From Planctomycetota bacterium (lineage in GTDB: Bacteria; Pseudomonadota; Gammaproteobacteria; Eutrophobiales; Eutrophobiaceae): a stretch of 53,145 nt of DNA. Location of the stretch: the NCBI GenBank assembly GCA_047638675.1, contig JBLIML010000005.1, positions 1 to 53,145 on the forward strand, given 5' to 3'. A program made the translations under genes and the position numbers. The notes beneath the pieces were generated by a model. It saw only the letters and a program-made list of their open reading frames with translations. It searched no databases and was not told the DNA's origin. Positions 1 to 7,761 of this stretch are shown one piece after another. Each line of letters opens with the position of its first letter. Position 1 is the stretch's first letter.

Positions 1-189
1 CTGTGGATCAAGTGTATTGGTAAAGAGTTGGTCGATGTAGGGCCCACCATATTCATTTGGTGGCAGACTAATCCCATGTATAACAATCAAGTCCACCTCG
101 CATCCCGTCGGTCTCTCATCGCAGTTGGGCGATGGCACCTGACGGACCTGGGTTAACCATTGTTTTTTTACATCTAGCGTGATGGACAT
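1..189 (-). CDS. ampD: AmpD (1,6-anhydro-N-acetylmuramyl-L-alanine amidase), first 63 codons only; the gene continues past the left edge
   Basis: My own translation of the minus strand from the ATG (complement of 187-189) gives MSITLDVKKQWLTQVRQVPSPNCDERPTGCEVDLIVIHGISLPPNEYGGPYIDQLFTNTLDPQ. The SPNxxxRP, LIVIHxISLPP and IDQLFTN blocks are the AmpD N-terminus. It is not in the ORF track because it is open-ended. Confidence 0.8.
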   Translation of the reverse strand, partial: MSITLDVKKQWLTQVRQVPSPNCDERPTGCEVDLIVIHGISLPPNEYGGPYIDQLFTNTLDPQ

Positions 190-347
190 AGGGCTTCACA
201 ATACAATCGACAATTCATAATAAATGTATTCGAGAAACCCCTTTTGTCAGTGTAGACGAGAATGACGGAGCCTCGAACTGTACTAATTTGATTCACTTAA
301 CTAGGATGTACCCCATGTATCAATACGTCAACAAGGGAGAATAGTGC

Positions 348-1124
348 ATGTGCCGTCTTGCGGCTTATATCGGACCGGATTTATTCTTGAACAGGCTGCT
401 GGAAGAAAATCCCAACAGTCTCGTCAAACAATCCTGGGCTAGCGAAGAATTGCGGGGCACCACACTTAACGCCGATGGCTTTGGTTTTGGCTGGCATCTG
501 GAGGATGGTAATGCCGCGATTTATACCAGCATTCTGCCCATCTGGTCGGATACCAATCTGACGGGCCTCGGGCAAACTCTTCATAGCCCTCACTGGCTGG
601 CCTACGTGCGAAGCGCGACGCCAGGTCAGGCAGTGAACCAGGCCAATACTCAGCCTTTCAAGCATGACAAGTTCCTGTTTTTACATAACGGCCGTATTGA
701 AAATTTCAACACGGGTCCGCGGACAAGCTTACACCGTCACCTGTCAGCCGAGATTGCCAGTGAGATAGAAGGCAACACTGATTCGGAATATCTCTTCGCC
801 TTATTTAAACAGCATCTCTCTTCAGGCTGTTCCATACAGGAGGCCATCATCGGTGCTTGTGAGGATATAGAAGTCATGATGAGCGATACACCTGCCCTGT
901 TAAACCTGCTTATTTCCGATGGCGATTCAATCTATGCCTGTCGACATGCTATAAACGGCGGCCATTGCCCTTCCCTGTATTACACAGAATCACATCCACA
1001 TTTTCCCGATGCCGTTGTCATTGCTTCCGAGCCATTCTCCCTGGCGGCACATTGGCAGGCGATAAAAGAACACAGCTTGCTAAGAATAAATCCGCAAAGA
1101 GAGATCGAAAAAGACTTTTTATAA
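348..1124 (+). CDS. egtC: Class-II (Ntn) glutamine amidotransferase, EgtC-like amidohydrolase
   Basis: The N-terminus is MCR (nucleophile Cys2). NADGFGFGW and HNGRIENF blocks match the GATase-2/EgtC type. The stop codon overlaps the start of the EgtB-like gene (TAATG at 1122-1126). Confidence 0.7.
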   Translation: MCRLAAYIGPDLFLNRLLEENPNSLVKQSWASEELRGTTLNADGFGFGWHLEDGNAAIYTSILPIWSDTNLTGLGQTLHSPHWLAYVRSATPGQAVNQANTQPFKHDKFLFLHNGRIENFNTGPRTSLHRHLSAEIASEIEGNTDSEYLFALFKQHLSSGCSIQEAIIGACEDIEVMMSDTPALLNLLISDGDSIYACRHAINGGHCPSLYYTESHPHFPDAVVIASEPFSLAAHWQAIKEHSLLRINPQREIEKDFL

Positions 1125-2278
1125 TGCTTGATGAATCTTTGTTACAACTCCGCCAACACCAAAAAAAATTGTTGGAGATAGTAAAAGCGATGTCTAAGGA
1201 TGACATCCTTGCACAGTTTCATGCCGATCTCAGTCCCCCTGGCTGGCATCTTGGTCATTGTGTCTTCACCGAATCTTACTGGTTGCGCGAAGTCGTCATG
1301 GGTAAAGAAATGATCAGCGACGAGCATAAGCAGCTTTACATCCCCGAGCTATCAGTGAAATCACAACGAAGTGAGGCGCTGCCCACTCACAATGCACTTT
1401 TCCAGTGGGCCGCAACTACGCAAGAAGAAAATATGCATTATTTCGGCGAGTTGATGGATAGGGCTTGTGATTCGGATCTGATGCAAAACAACTATTTATT
1501 ATTTTTTCTCAGTCAGCACTATGCCCAGCACATTGAAACCACCAACTACATTCTTACCCAGGGTCATTTACAGGCTGAATCGGAATTCACGGTCACCTCA
1601 CCCTTACAGTCTGCATGTTTGCGAGGGGATTTTGCAGAGATGAAACGAGGTACTTATTCAGTCGGCGCAGTTGATCGACTGCGACACTACGATAATGAGT
1701 GTGCCGAAATGTTTGTTGAACTGGATAGCTTTGAAATTGCACAGCGACCGGTGAGTAATGCCGAGTATCTCGGCTTTATGGAAGCGGGCGCTTATGAGAA
1801 TGCTGCATACTGGAGCGAGGATGCCTGGCTATGGCGTTCTAAACATTCGATTTCACGGCCGCAACATTGGCGAATTGATGAGTCAGAAAACTTTTACGGC
1901 ACCAATGCGAACGGACCCTATACGCTGGAAGCGGATAGCCCGGTTTCCGGCTTGAGTTATCACGAAGCAAGTGCTTTTGCCACCTGGAGCAAAACGCGAT
2001 TGCCACATGAATACGAATGGGAAGTGGCAAAAAAAGCGCACTTACTAGTGTGCTGCGGCCAGGTATGGGAGTGGTGTGAAAACACTCTGCATCCCTATGC
2101 TGGATTTAAAGCCTATCCTTATGAAGGCTATTCTCAACCATGGTTTGATCAAAAACATTTTACCCTGCGTGGTCACAGCGCTTACACCTTGCCGGTAGTT
2201 CAACGGAGTACTTTCCGTAATTTCTATCAGGCCGATAAACGGCATTTTCCTGCGGGTGTTCGATTGCTTGTCAGGTAG
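1124..2278 (+). CDS. egtB: EgtB/OvoA-type sulfoxide synthase (DinB_2 plus FGE-sulfatase/SUMF1 domains)
   Basis: HX3HXE iron motif (HYAQHIE, codons 1517-1537). The C-terminal SUMF1-like blocks are GLSYHEASAFATWS, VWEWCEN and RGHSAYT. I place the start at ATG 1124 (MLDESLLQL...) rather than the ORF-track ATG 965, whose first 53 codons lie inside egtC. Confidence 0.75.
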   Translation: MLDESLLQLRQHQKKLLEIVKAMSKDDILAQFHADLSPPGWHLGHCVFTESYWLREVVMGKEMISDEHKQLYIPELSVKSQRSEALPTHNALFQWAATTQEENMHYFGELMDRACDSDLMQNNYLLFFLSQHYAQHIETTNYILTQGHLQAESEFTVTSPLQSACLRGDFAEMKRGTYSVGAVDRLRHYDNECAEMFVELDSFEIAQRPVSNAEYLGFMEAGAYENAAYWSEDAWLWRSKHSISRPQHWRIDESENFYGTNANGPYTLEADSPVSGLSYHEASAFATWSKTRLPHEYEWEVAKKAHLLVCCGQVWEWCENTLHPYAGFKAYPYEGYSQPWFDQKHFTLRGHSAYTLPVVQRSTFRNFYQADKRHFPAGVRLLVR

Positions 2279-2330
2279 GAACTCTTCGCCCAATTCTCGC
2301 TCCCATCTAACGCCACGGCGAAACTCTCCG

Positions 2331-2407
2331 CCAAAAACACACCCTCCGGGTATAAAGTTACCGAGATCCTTTTACTACTCCTCGGCCGGGGTATATACCC
2401 GGAGGGG
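2331..2407 (-). terminator. Compound hairpin followed by a U-tract on the minus strand. It could be the terminator of the ankyrin gene or the 3' end of a small RNA.
   Basis: 13-bp arms ccctccgggtata (2342-2354) and tatacccggaggg (2394-2406) enclose an inner ccgag/ctcgg stem. Read on the minus strand the stem is followed by tgtgttttt. There is no T-tract on the plus strand. Confidence 0.45.
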
Positions 2408-2535
2408 TACTGGTATAGTGTTGAGACAATCCATTAGTGGCAATAGTTCTGTTGTTTTTCGTGACGTAGTTCCAATTAACCCATCCTGACTTCCAATCGA
2501 GTTCACACTTCGAACGGGTAATGCATAAAAGCTAA

Positions 2536-3027
2536 TCAGCCTGCACTATCTTCCAGTAGCTTAATCAACTTTTTATTTTTAGTTTTCTCTGCCAGAGTGA
2601 TGGCCGTATTTTTTGTTTTATCGGCCAGCGCGACGTCAGCGCCAGCGCCCAATAAGAGATTAATCATTTCGCTATCCTTTACTACCACCGCTATCATCAA
2701 GGCAGTACGGCCCTGAGCATCAACGCCATTTACATTGACTCCTTCGACAAGTAACTCCCTGACAATACCTCGATTGCGAAAAAAGACCGCACTCATCAGA
2801 GCAGAACGGCCTGTAGCATTCGCCGCATTGACATCGCTGCCTTGTGCGATAAGCGTACGCACGGCCTTCAAGTTACCCTGCTTTGCAGCGAGATAAATCG
2901 GTGGCACGGCACCCGCTGTTTCAGCGACTTCTCTAGCATCTTGCGCAAGTGCAAAGGGCATGAAGCTAAAGACAAGCAAAATAGTAAGAAAAAAATTCAG
3001 GAAAACGAGTTTCATTTTTTTGTTCAT
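2536..3027 (-). CDS. Exported ankyrin-repeat protein
   Basis: Signal peptide MNKKMKLVFLNFFLTILLVFSFMPFALA, followed by 3-4 ankyrin repeats (GRSALMSAV..., GRTALMIAV...LLLGAGADV). Confidence 0.85.
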   Translation of the reverse strand: MNKKMKLVFLNFFLTILLVFSFMPFALAQDAREVAETAGAVPPIYLAAKQGNLKAVRTLIAQGSDVNAANATGRSALMSAVFFRNRGIVRELLVEGVNVNGVDAQGRTALMIAVVVKDSEMINLLLGAGADVALADKTKNTAITLAEKTKNKKLIKLLEDSAG

Positions 3028-3136
3028 AGCAGAATTAGCGGCGATTCAGTAGAAAACTAAAGTCGGTTAGCAAATAAATTCATCTATCTCAAACATTAGA
3101 TATTCCGGGCAAGTATAAATATGGCATTATTGTCCG

Positions 3137-3670
3137 ATGCAAGAAGGTCCTACACGCGAGCACGACAATGCAGGAAAATTTGGCAGTGGCATGACCATTG
3201 CCGCCTGGATTATTGTCCTGGCTTTGGCAACGCTATATTTTGATCGTTTTCTGGATCAACAACACAACCCAAATCAAAGCGTTGACACAATAGACACCAA
3301 AGACGCTCGACTGGTGACATTACAGCGAAATCGTCAAGGTCACTATGTCACCACTGGCGAAATAAACGGGGCAAAAGTGCAATTTCTACTTGATACCGGG
3401 GCGACAGATGTCAGCATCCCTGAAAAAATCGCCAGAGCACTGCATTTGCAAAAAGGTCCGGAAGTTGAAGCGATCACTGCAAATGGTGTTGTCGTGGTGT
3501 ACATGACTATGCTGGATCGTATTCAAATCGGCAATATTGTCCTGCATGATGTGCGTGCGAGCATCAATCCTCACATGGATGATGAGGAAATATTATTGGG
3601 AATGACTTTCCTAAAGCATTTAGAATTTACCCAACGCGGCGACGAGCTCATCCTCAGGCAAACTAATTAG
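3137..3670 (+). CDS. Retropepsin-like (clan AA, TIGR02281-type) membrane-anchored aspartic protease
   Basis: One N-terminal TM helix (MTIAAWIIVLALATLYF), the active-site block FLLDTGATDVSIP, and a C-terminal ILLGMTFL block. The exact start is uncertain. Confidence 0.75.
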   Translation: MQEGPTREHDNAGKFGSGMTIAAWIIVLALATLYFDRFLDQQHNPNQSVDTIDTKDARLVTLQRNRQGHYVTTGEINGAKVQFLLDTGATDVSIPEKIARALHLQKGPEVEAITANGVVVVYMTMLDRIQIGNIVLHDVRASINPHMDDEEILLGMTFLKHLEFTQRGDELILRQTN

Positions 3671-3689
3671 GAACACTACACTAAGCACT

Positions 3690-4523
3690 ATGCAACTTCC
3701 TACAGTACTACCTGCCGACATTTCCAGTACAGTACGCCGGGCCTTAAGTGAAGACATTGGTAAAGGCGACCTTACTGGTATGCTAATTTCTGCCGATGCC
3801 AGCGCCGTGGCAGAAGTGATCTGTCGAGAAAAAGCCGTACTCTGTGGCACGGCCTGGTTTGATGAGGTTTTCAAACAACTGAATAAGCGCGCCAGGGTAA
3901 CGTGGACGGCGAACGATGGTGATGCTATTGCTGCTGAACAGCGAGTCTGCGAGATTGTAGGGCCTACTCGAATTTTGTTAAGTGGTGAACGCACCGCGCT
4001 CAATTTTCTGCAGTTACTCTCCGGTACGGCAACCGTCACCCGTAAATTTGTGGAACAGCTTGGCGAAAGTAAAACACGCCTCTTAGACACACGTAAAACG
4101 ATTCCCGGTTTACGCAGCGCGCAAAAATATGCGGTGGCCTGTGGCGGAGGGAAGAATCATCGTATGGGTCTGTATGATGCCATTCTTATTAAAGAGAACC
4201 ATATTCTCGCTGCTGGCAGTATCAAACTAGCTGTCACACAGGCAAAAGAATCCGGCCACGCGGTTGAAGTGGAAGTCGAGGATCTTGATGAACTGAAGCA
4301 GGCAATCGCCTCAGGTGCGGATAGCGTGCTGCTTGATAATTTTGATCTGCAGGCAATGAGTGAAGCGGTTGAGATCAATGCTGGACGATGCAAACTGGAG
4401 GTATCTGGCGGCGTAGAATTTGACACACTCAAAGCCATCGCCGCAACAGGCGTAGATTACATTTCTGTGGGGGCTTTAACCAAGCATTTGCAGGCAGTAG
4501 ATTTTTCCATGCGTTTTATATAA
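3690..4523 (+). CDS. nadC: Nicotinate-nucleotide diphosphorylase (quinolinate phosphoribosyltransferase)
   Basis: Full-length QPRTase pattern: EDIGKGDLT, GERTALNFLQ, TRKTIPGLR, HRMGLYDAILIKENH, KLEVSGG. Confidence 0.95.
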   Translation: MQLPTVLPADISSTVRRALSEDIGKGDLTGMLISADASAVAEVICREKAVLCGTAWFDEVFKQLNKRARVTWTANDGDAIAAEQRVCEIVGPTRILLSGERTALNFLQLLSGTATVTRKFVEQLGESKTRLLDTRKTIPGLRSAQKYAVACGGGKNHRMGLYDAILIKENHILAAGSIKLAVTQAKESGHAVEVEVEDLDELKQAIASGADSVLLDNFDLQAMSEAVEINAGRCKLEVSGGVEFDTLKAIAATGVDYISVGALTKHLQAVDFSMRFI

Positions 4524-4574
4524 GCGGGAACTATCGTTGGCAAGACCTGAATAACAAAATAATAAATTGGCTCC

Positions 4575-5063
4575 TGCGCGGAATCTGTGGGTGAAAACAC
4601 AACAACCCTCTTGAGAATAAAAAATTAAATCCCCGTCATTCCCGCATGTTTTTAGCGGAGAAGTGGTGCATGGACGCACCGTTTACGAAGCTAACGATGG
4701 AAATCCAGTAAACAACCTCTCCCGCACATTTAAGACTAAAAAAAATAAAATCTCGTCATTCCCGCATGTTTTTAGCGGAGAAGTGGTGCATGGACGCACC
4801 GTTTACGGAGCTAAGGATGCAAATCCAGTAAAACAATTTAGTAAGCTACTTTACATTATGAAGGTCTACAAGACGTCATCCGATATTACCCCTGCTTGAT
4901 TATCGGTAAACCATGGAGGGGACAGATTGTTCACTGGATTTGCATCCTTAGCTCCGTTAACAGCACATCCGTGTGCTACTACTCCGCCAAAAGCTTGCGG
5001 GAATGACGGGGTTTTATTTTTTTTCATTCTCAAGAGGACTGCTGTGTTTTAACCCACAGTTTC
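4575..5063. repeat. Foldback REP/MITE-like composite of three copies of a gtcattcccgc-type element: two direct copies and one inverted copy with long terminal inverted repeats
   Basis: Copies A (core 4631-4716) and B (4751-4836) are direct repeats 120 bp apart, with more than 50 nt identical. Copy C (about 4930-5010) is the reverse complement. The outer ends match as inverted repeats: ctgtgggtgaaaacacaacaaccctcttgagaataaaaaa (4584...) against the reverse complement of 5020-5063. The same family recurs at 11064-11096 and 43379-43712. Confidence 0.8.
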
Positions 5064-5113
5064 TACTGAAGATCCAAAAAATAGAAAACACCACCTTGTT
5101 GCATCGTATTTAT

Positions 5114-5974
5114 CTAAAAGCGGTTCTGCTGATAATCCTGAAATGCTTGCATGACTTCCTCTCTTGTATTCATAACAAAGGGGCCGGAACGGGCAACGGC
5201 TTCGTTTAGCGGTCTTCCTGCAACCAGAATAAAACGTGCGTCCGCACCTTCAGCAGAAACCATTACGTTCTTTCCGTTTCCGAGCACGCCCAATTTTTTG
5301 CACTGCAAGTTTTTTTGACCGATGCCTAATTCGCCATCTAGTACGTAGATAAACGCATTGTCATCTTCAGCCAAATCCTGCTGAAATGATTGTCCCTTCG
5401 GCAAAGTAACATCCATAAAAGTCGGATTAACATATTCATTACTTACGGTTCCCCTGACACCCGTGTTGGTCTTGCCGCAAATGACACGGATTTCAGTGCC
5501 GTCTTCGAGCCGGGACAGCGCAATTTCTTCCTCTGGATATTCCTGGTAGACCGGTTCCGTCATTTTCGCCGAAGCGGGAAGATTCACCCAGAGCTGAAAA
5601 CCCATGAGCAAACCTTCTTCCTGTTCCGGCATTTCAGAATGAATGATACCTTTGCCTGCGGTCATCCATTGTACACCGCCAGGTCCGATGATCCCTTCGC
5701 GACCCGTACTGTCTTTATGCCGCATACGACCAGCGATGATATAAGTGACTGTTTCAAAACCACGGTGCGGGTGTGAGGGAAACCCGGCAATGTAATCGTC
5801 GGGCTTATCTGAGCCAAAGGCATCCAACATTAAAAAAGGGTCGAGCATATCCAGTTCTGGCGAACCGATAATTCTCGTGAGCTGAACCCCGGCACCATCG
5901 GAAGCTGCTACGCCATTAACAATCTGAATTAATTCTCGCTCGCTTTTTGGATTGTCATGCATTTTCTTAATCAA
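5114..5974 (-). CDS. Pirin-family bicupin protein
   Basis: HPHRGFETVTY metal motif and GGVQWMTAGKGIIHSE. 286 aa, the typical pirin length. Confidence 0.9.
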   Translation of the reverse strand: MIKKMHDNPKSERELIQIVNGVAASDGAGVQLTRIIGSPELDMLDPFLMLDAFGSDKPDDYIAGFPSHPHRGFETVTYIIAGRMRHKDSTGREGIIGPGGVQWMTAGKGIIHSEMPEQEEGLLMGFQLWVNLPASAKMTEPVYQEYPEEEIALSRLEDGTEIRVICGKTNTGVRGTVSNEYVNPTFMDVTLPKGQSFQQDLAEDDNAFIYVLDGELGIGQKNLQCKKLGVLGNGKNVMVSAEGADARFILVAGRPLNEAVARSGPFVMNTREEVMQAFQDYQQNRF

Positions 5975-5977
5975 AGT

Positions 5978-6607
5978 TTATAACTTACTTTTAACCAATT
6001 CATACACTTCTTCAGTCAATGCCGCGTTACCATCCAATAGACTTTCAAGTTGCTGGCGCCTGTCATTGACAAAGTCTTCGTCCTTGATCGCAGCAATATT
6101 GATGTAGACATTTAAAGCGGCGCTACGCAGTGCGGCGTTAGCGGCCAGCACAGCCACGCCCGCATCGCTGATAACATTGGTGTTTCCCTTCTCAGCCATG
6201 GGTTTACACAGCTTGATAACGTCGCCACAAAGTTTGGCACAGGCAAGCGGTACATCGGTGGCTGACTTCAATGCTGACTGAATTGATGAGAAACGCGCTG
6301 TTTTGTCTTCTTCAGTTTCTTTCGGCAAGCCATAGGCGGCCATCACCTGATCGAAGACCTCGACATCGGCCTTGACCATGTCGGTCAGTTGATGGCGCAG
6401 TTCTTCAGACGCCGCCAGCCATGTCTGCATCTCGGCATCAATCTCCTCGTAGTTCTTTTTACCTATAGTTAAATTGGCAACCATACTCACTAATGCCGCA
6501 GCCATCGCCCCCATGATCGCAGCCGCACTGCCACCGCCAGGGGTCGATGCCTTGCTCGCCAAATCGTCGAGAAAATTCTGCACCGGTTTATCCTTAATCA
6601 TTGTCAA
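5978..6607 (-). CDS. fchA: Methenyl-tetrahydrofolate cyclohydrolase / cyclodeaminase-family protein (FchA-like)
   Basis: FLDDLASKASTPGGGSAAAIMGAMAAALVSMVANLTIGKK and NVISDAGVAVL...LRSAALNVYIN are the hallmark FTCD_C/Fch blocks. It ends 3 nt upstream of the pirin gene. Confidence 0.8.
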   Translation of the reverse strand: MTMIKDKPVQNFLDDLASKASTPGGGSAAAIMGAMAAALVSMVANLTIGKKNYEEIDAEMQTWLAASEELRHQLTDMVKADVEVFDQVMAAYGLPKETEEDKTARFSSIQSALKSATDVPLACAKLCGDVIKLCKPMAEKGNTNVISDAGVAVLAANAALRSAALNVYINIAAIKDEDFVNDRRQQLESLLDGNAALTEEVYELVKSKL

Positions 6608-6876
6608 TTTCTCCTGATTGTTAAATAAAATTTAGAGAAAAACGCCACGAGACCTCTATGCAAGGCGATGGTGTGTCTCGTTAAGTTAAAATTTGAGCAC
6701 GGATAATACTCGCATTGCCCTCACCGAAGCCAAGATTTGTTGTCGCTGGCTTTCGCATCGGTTACCTTTACGGTTCACAAGGGCGTCGACGAAGATGGTG
6801 TAGGTCATGTGATATGGGATGGGCTTGGCAATTCCATGGAAACCCTATAAATAACAATGACCTATTGGAAATATTA

Positions 6877-7734
6877 ATGAAAAAACTCTTGTTTCAGCTA
6901 GATACTGACCAACATCCGTCGGTATTTGACACGGTGGTTGGCTACGATGGCGGCGCCGATCATGTGATCGGTCATGGTAATTGTACTCCCACTAACATTG
7001 CTGCACTTGTCGAGGGGGCGATATTTACCCGCGCGCCAAAAGACAAAAAAAATACGGCCCTGTTTTTGGGCGGCAGCGACATGACCGCAGGCGAAAAATT
7101 ACTGGAGGCAGTCCAACAAAGCTATTTTTCGAATTTTCGTGTCTCCGTTATGCTCGATAGCAACGGCAGCAATACAACCGCTGCCGCTGCCGTCGCAAAA
7201 ATGCTGCTGAGCACGAGTTTAAAAGGTAAAAAGGCGGTTATACTTGCCGGTACGGGACCGGTGGGGCAACGAGCAGCGGTGATGATGGTACGAGAAGGTG
7301 CGTCAGTTTGTATTTCCTCTCGAAAACAATCACGCGCCGCGGAGGCTTGCGCGCACATCAAGACACACTTTGATGTCGATGTCTCAGCTGCTGGTGGTGC
7401 AACTGACGAGGAACGGGCTGAACTTTGTGCTGATGCGCACATTATTTTAGCAACGGGTGCTGCGGGCATTCAGTTACTAACTGAGGAGCATTGGAAAAAT
7501 ATCAGCACTTTGGAAGTTATTGCCGACGCCAACGCGACGCCACCCTTAGGTATTGCTGGCACTGATATGATGGATGAAGGGACAATTAGACATGGAAAGA
7601 TTGTTTGGGGAGCCATTGGCTTTGGCAAATTTAAATTGACACTGCATCGAGCTTGTATTGCCAGATTATTCGAAAGCAATGATCAAGTTTTCGATGCAGA
7701 CGAAATCTTCGCACTTGCTAAAGAGATGGCTTAA
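6877..7734 (+). CDS. mtdA: NADP-dependent methylene-tetrahydromethanopterin/methylene-tetrahydrofolate dehydrogenase (MtdA-like)
   Basis: MKKLLFQLDTDQHPSVFDTVVGYDGGADHV...MLDSNGSNTTAAAAV matches the MtdA N-terminus as I recall it. I place the start at ATG 6877. The 54-codon upstream extension in the ORF track (from 6715) looks non-coding (RRRRWCRSC...). Confidence 0.75.
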   Translation: MKKLLFQLDTDQHPSVFDTVVGYDGGADHVIGHGNCTPTNIAALVEGAIFTRAPKDKKNTALFLGGSDMTAGEKLLEAVQQSYFSNFRVSVMLDSNGSNTTAAAAVAKMLLSTSLKGKKAVILAGTGPVGQRAAVMMVREGASVCISSRKQSRAAEACAHIKTHFDVDVSAAGGATDEERAELCADAHIILATGAAGIQLLTEEHWKNISTLEVIADANATPPLGIAGTDMMDEGTIRHGKIVWGAIGFGKFKLTLHRACIARLFESNDQVFDADEIFALAKEMA

Positions 7735-7761
7735 GTAACAATAATACTAATATTCATAATT

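Noticed and set aside
965-1123. The ORF-track N-terminal extension of the EgtB-like gene
   Set aside because: It lies entirely inside egtC in another frame and has an arginine/cysteine-rich, non-protein-like sequence. ATG 1124, overlapping the egtC stop, is the natural start.
4663-5209. ORFs 4663-4899 and 4973-5209 (78 aa each)
   Set aside because: They are read-through translations of the REP/foldback repeat copies. The second also runs antisense into the pirin gene.
6715-6876. The ORF-track N-terminal extension of mtdA
   Set aside because: MtdA homologues begin at MKKLLFQ.... The upstream 54 codons (…GRRRRWCRSCDMGWAW…) look like translated promoter DNA.
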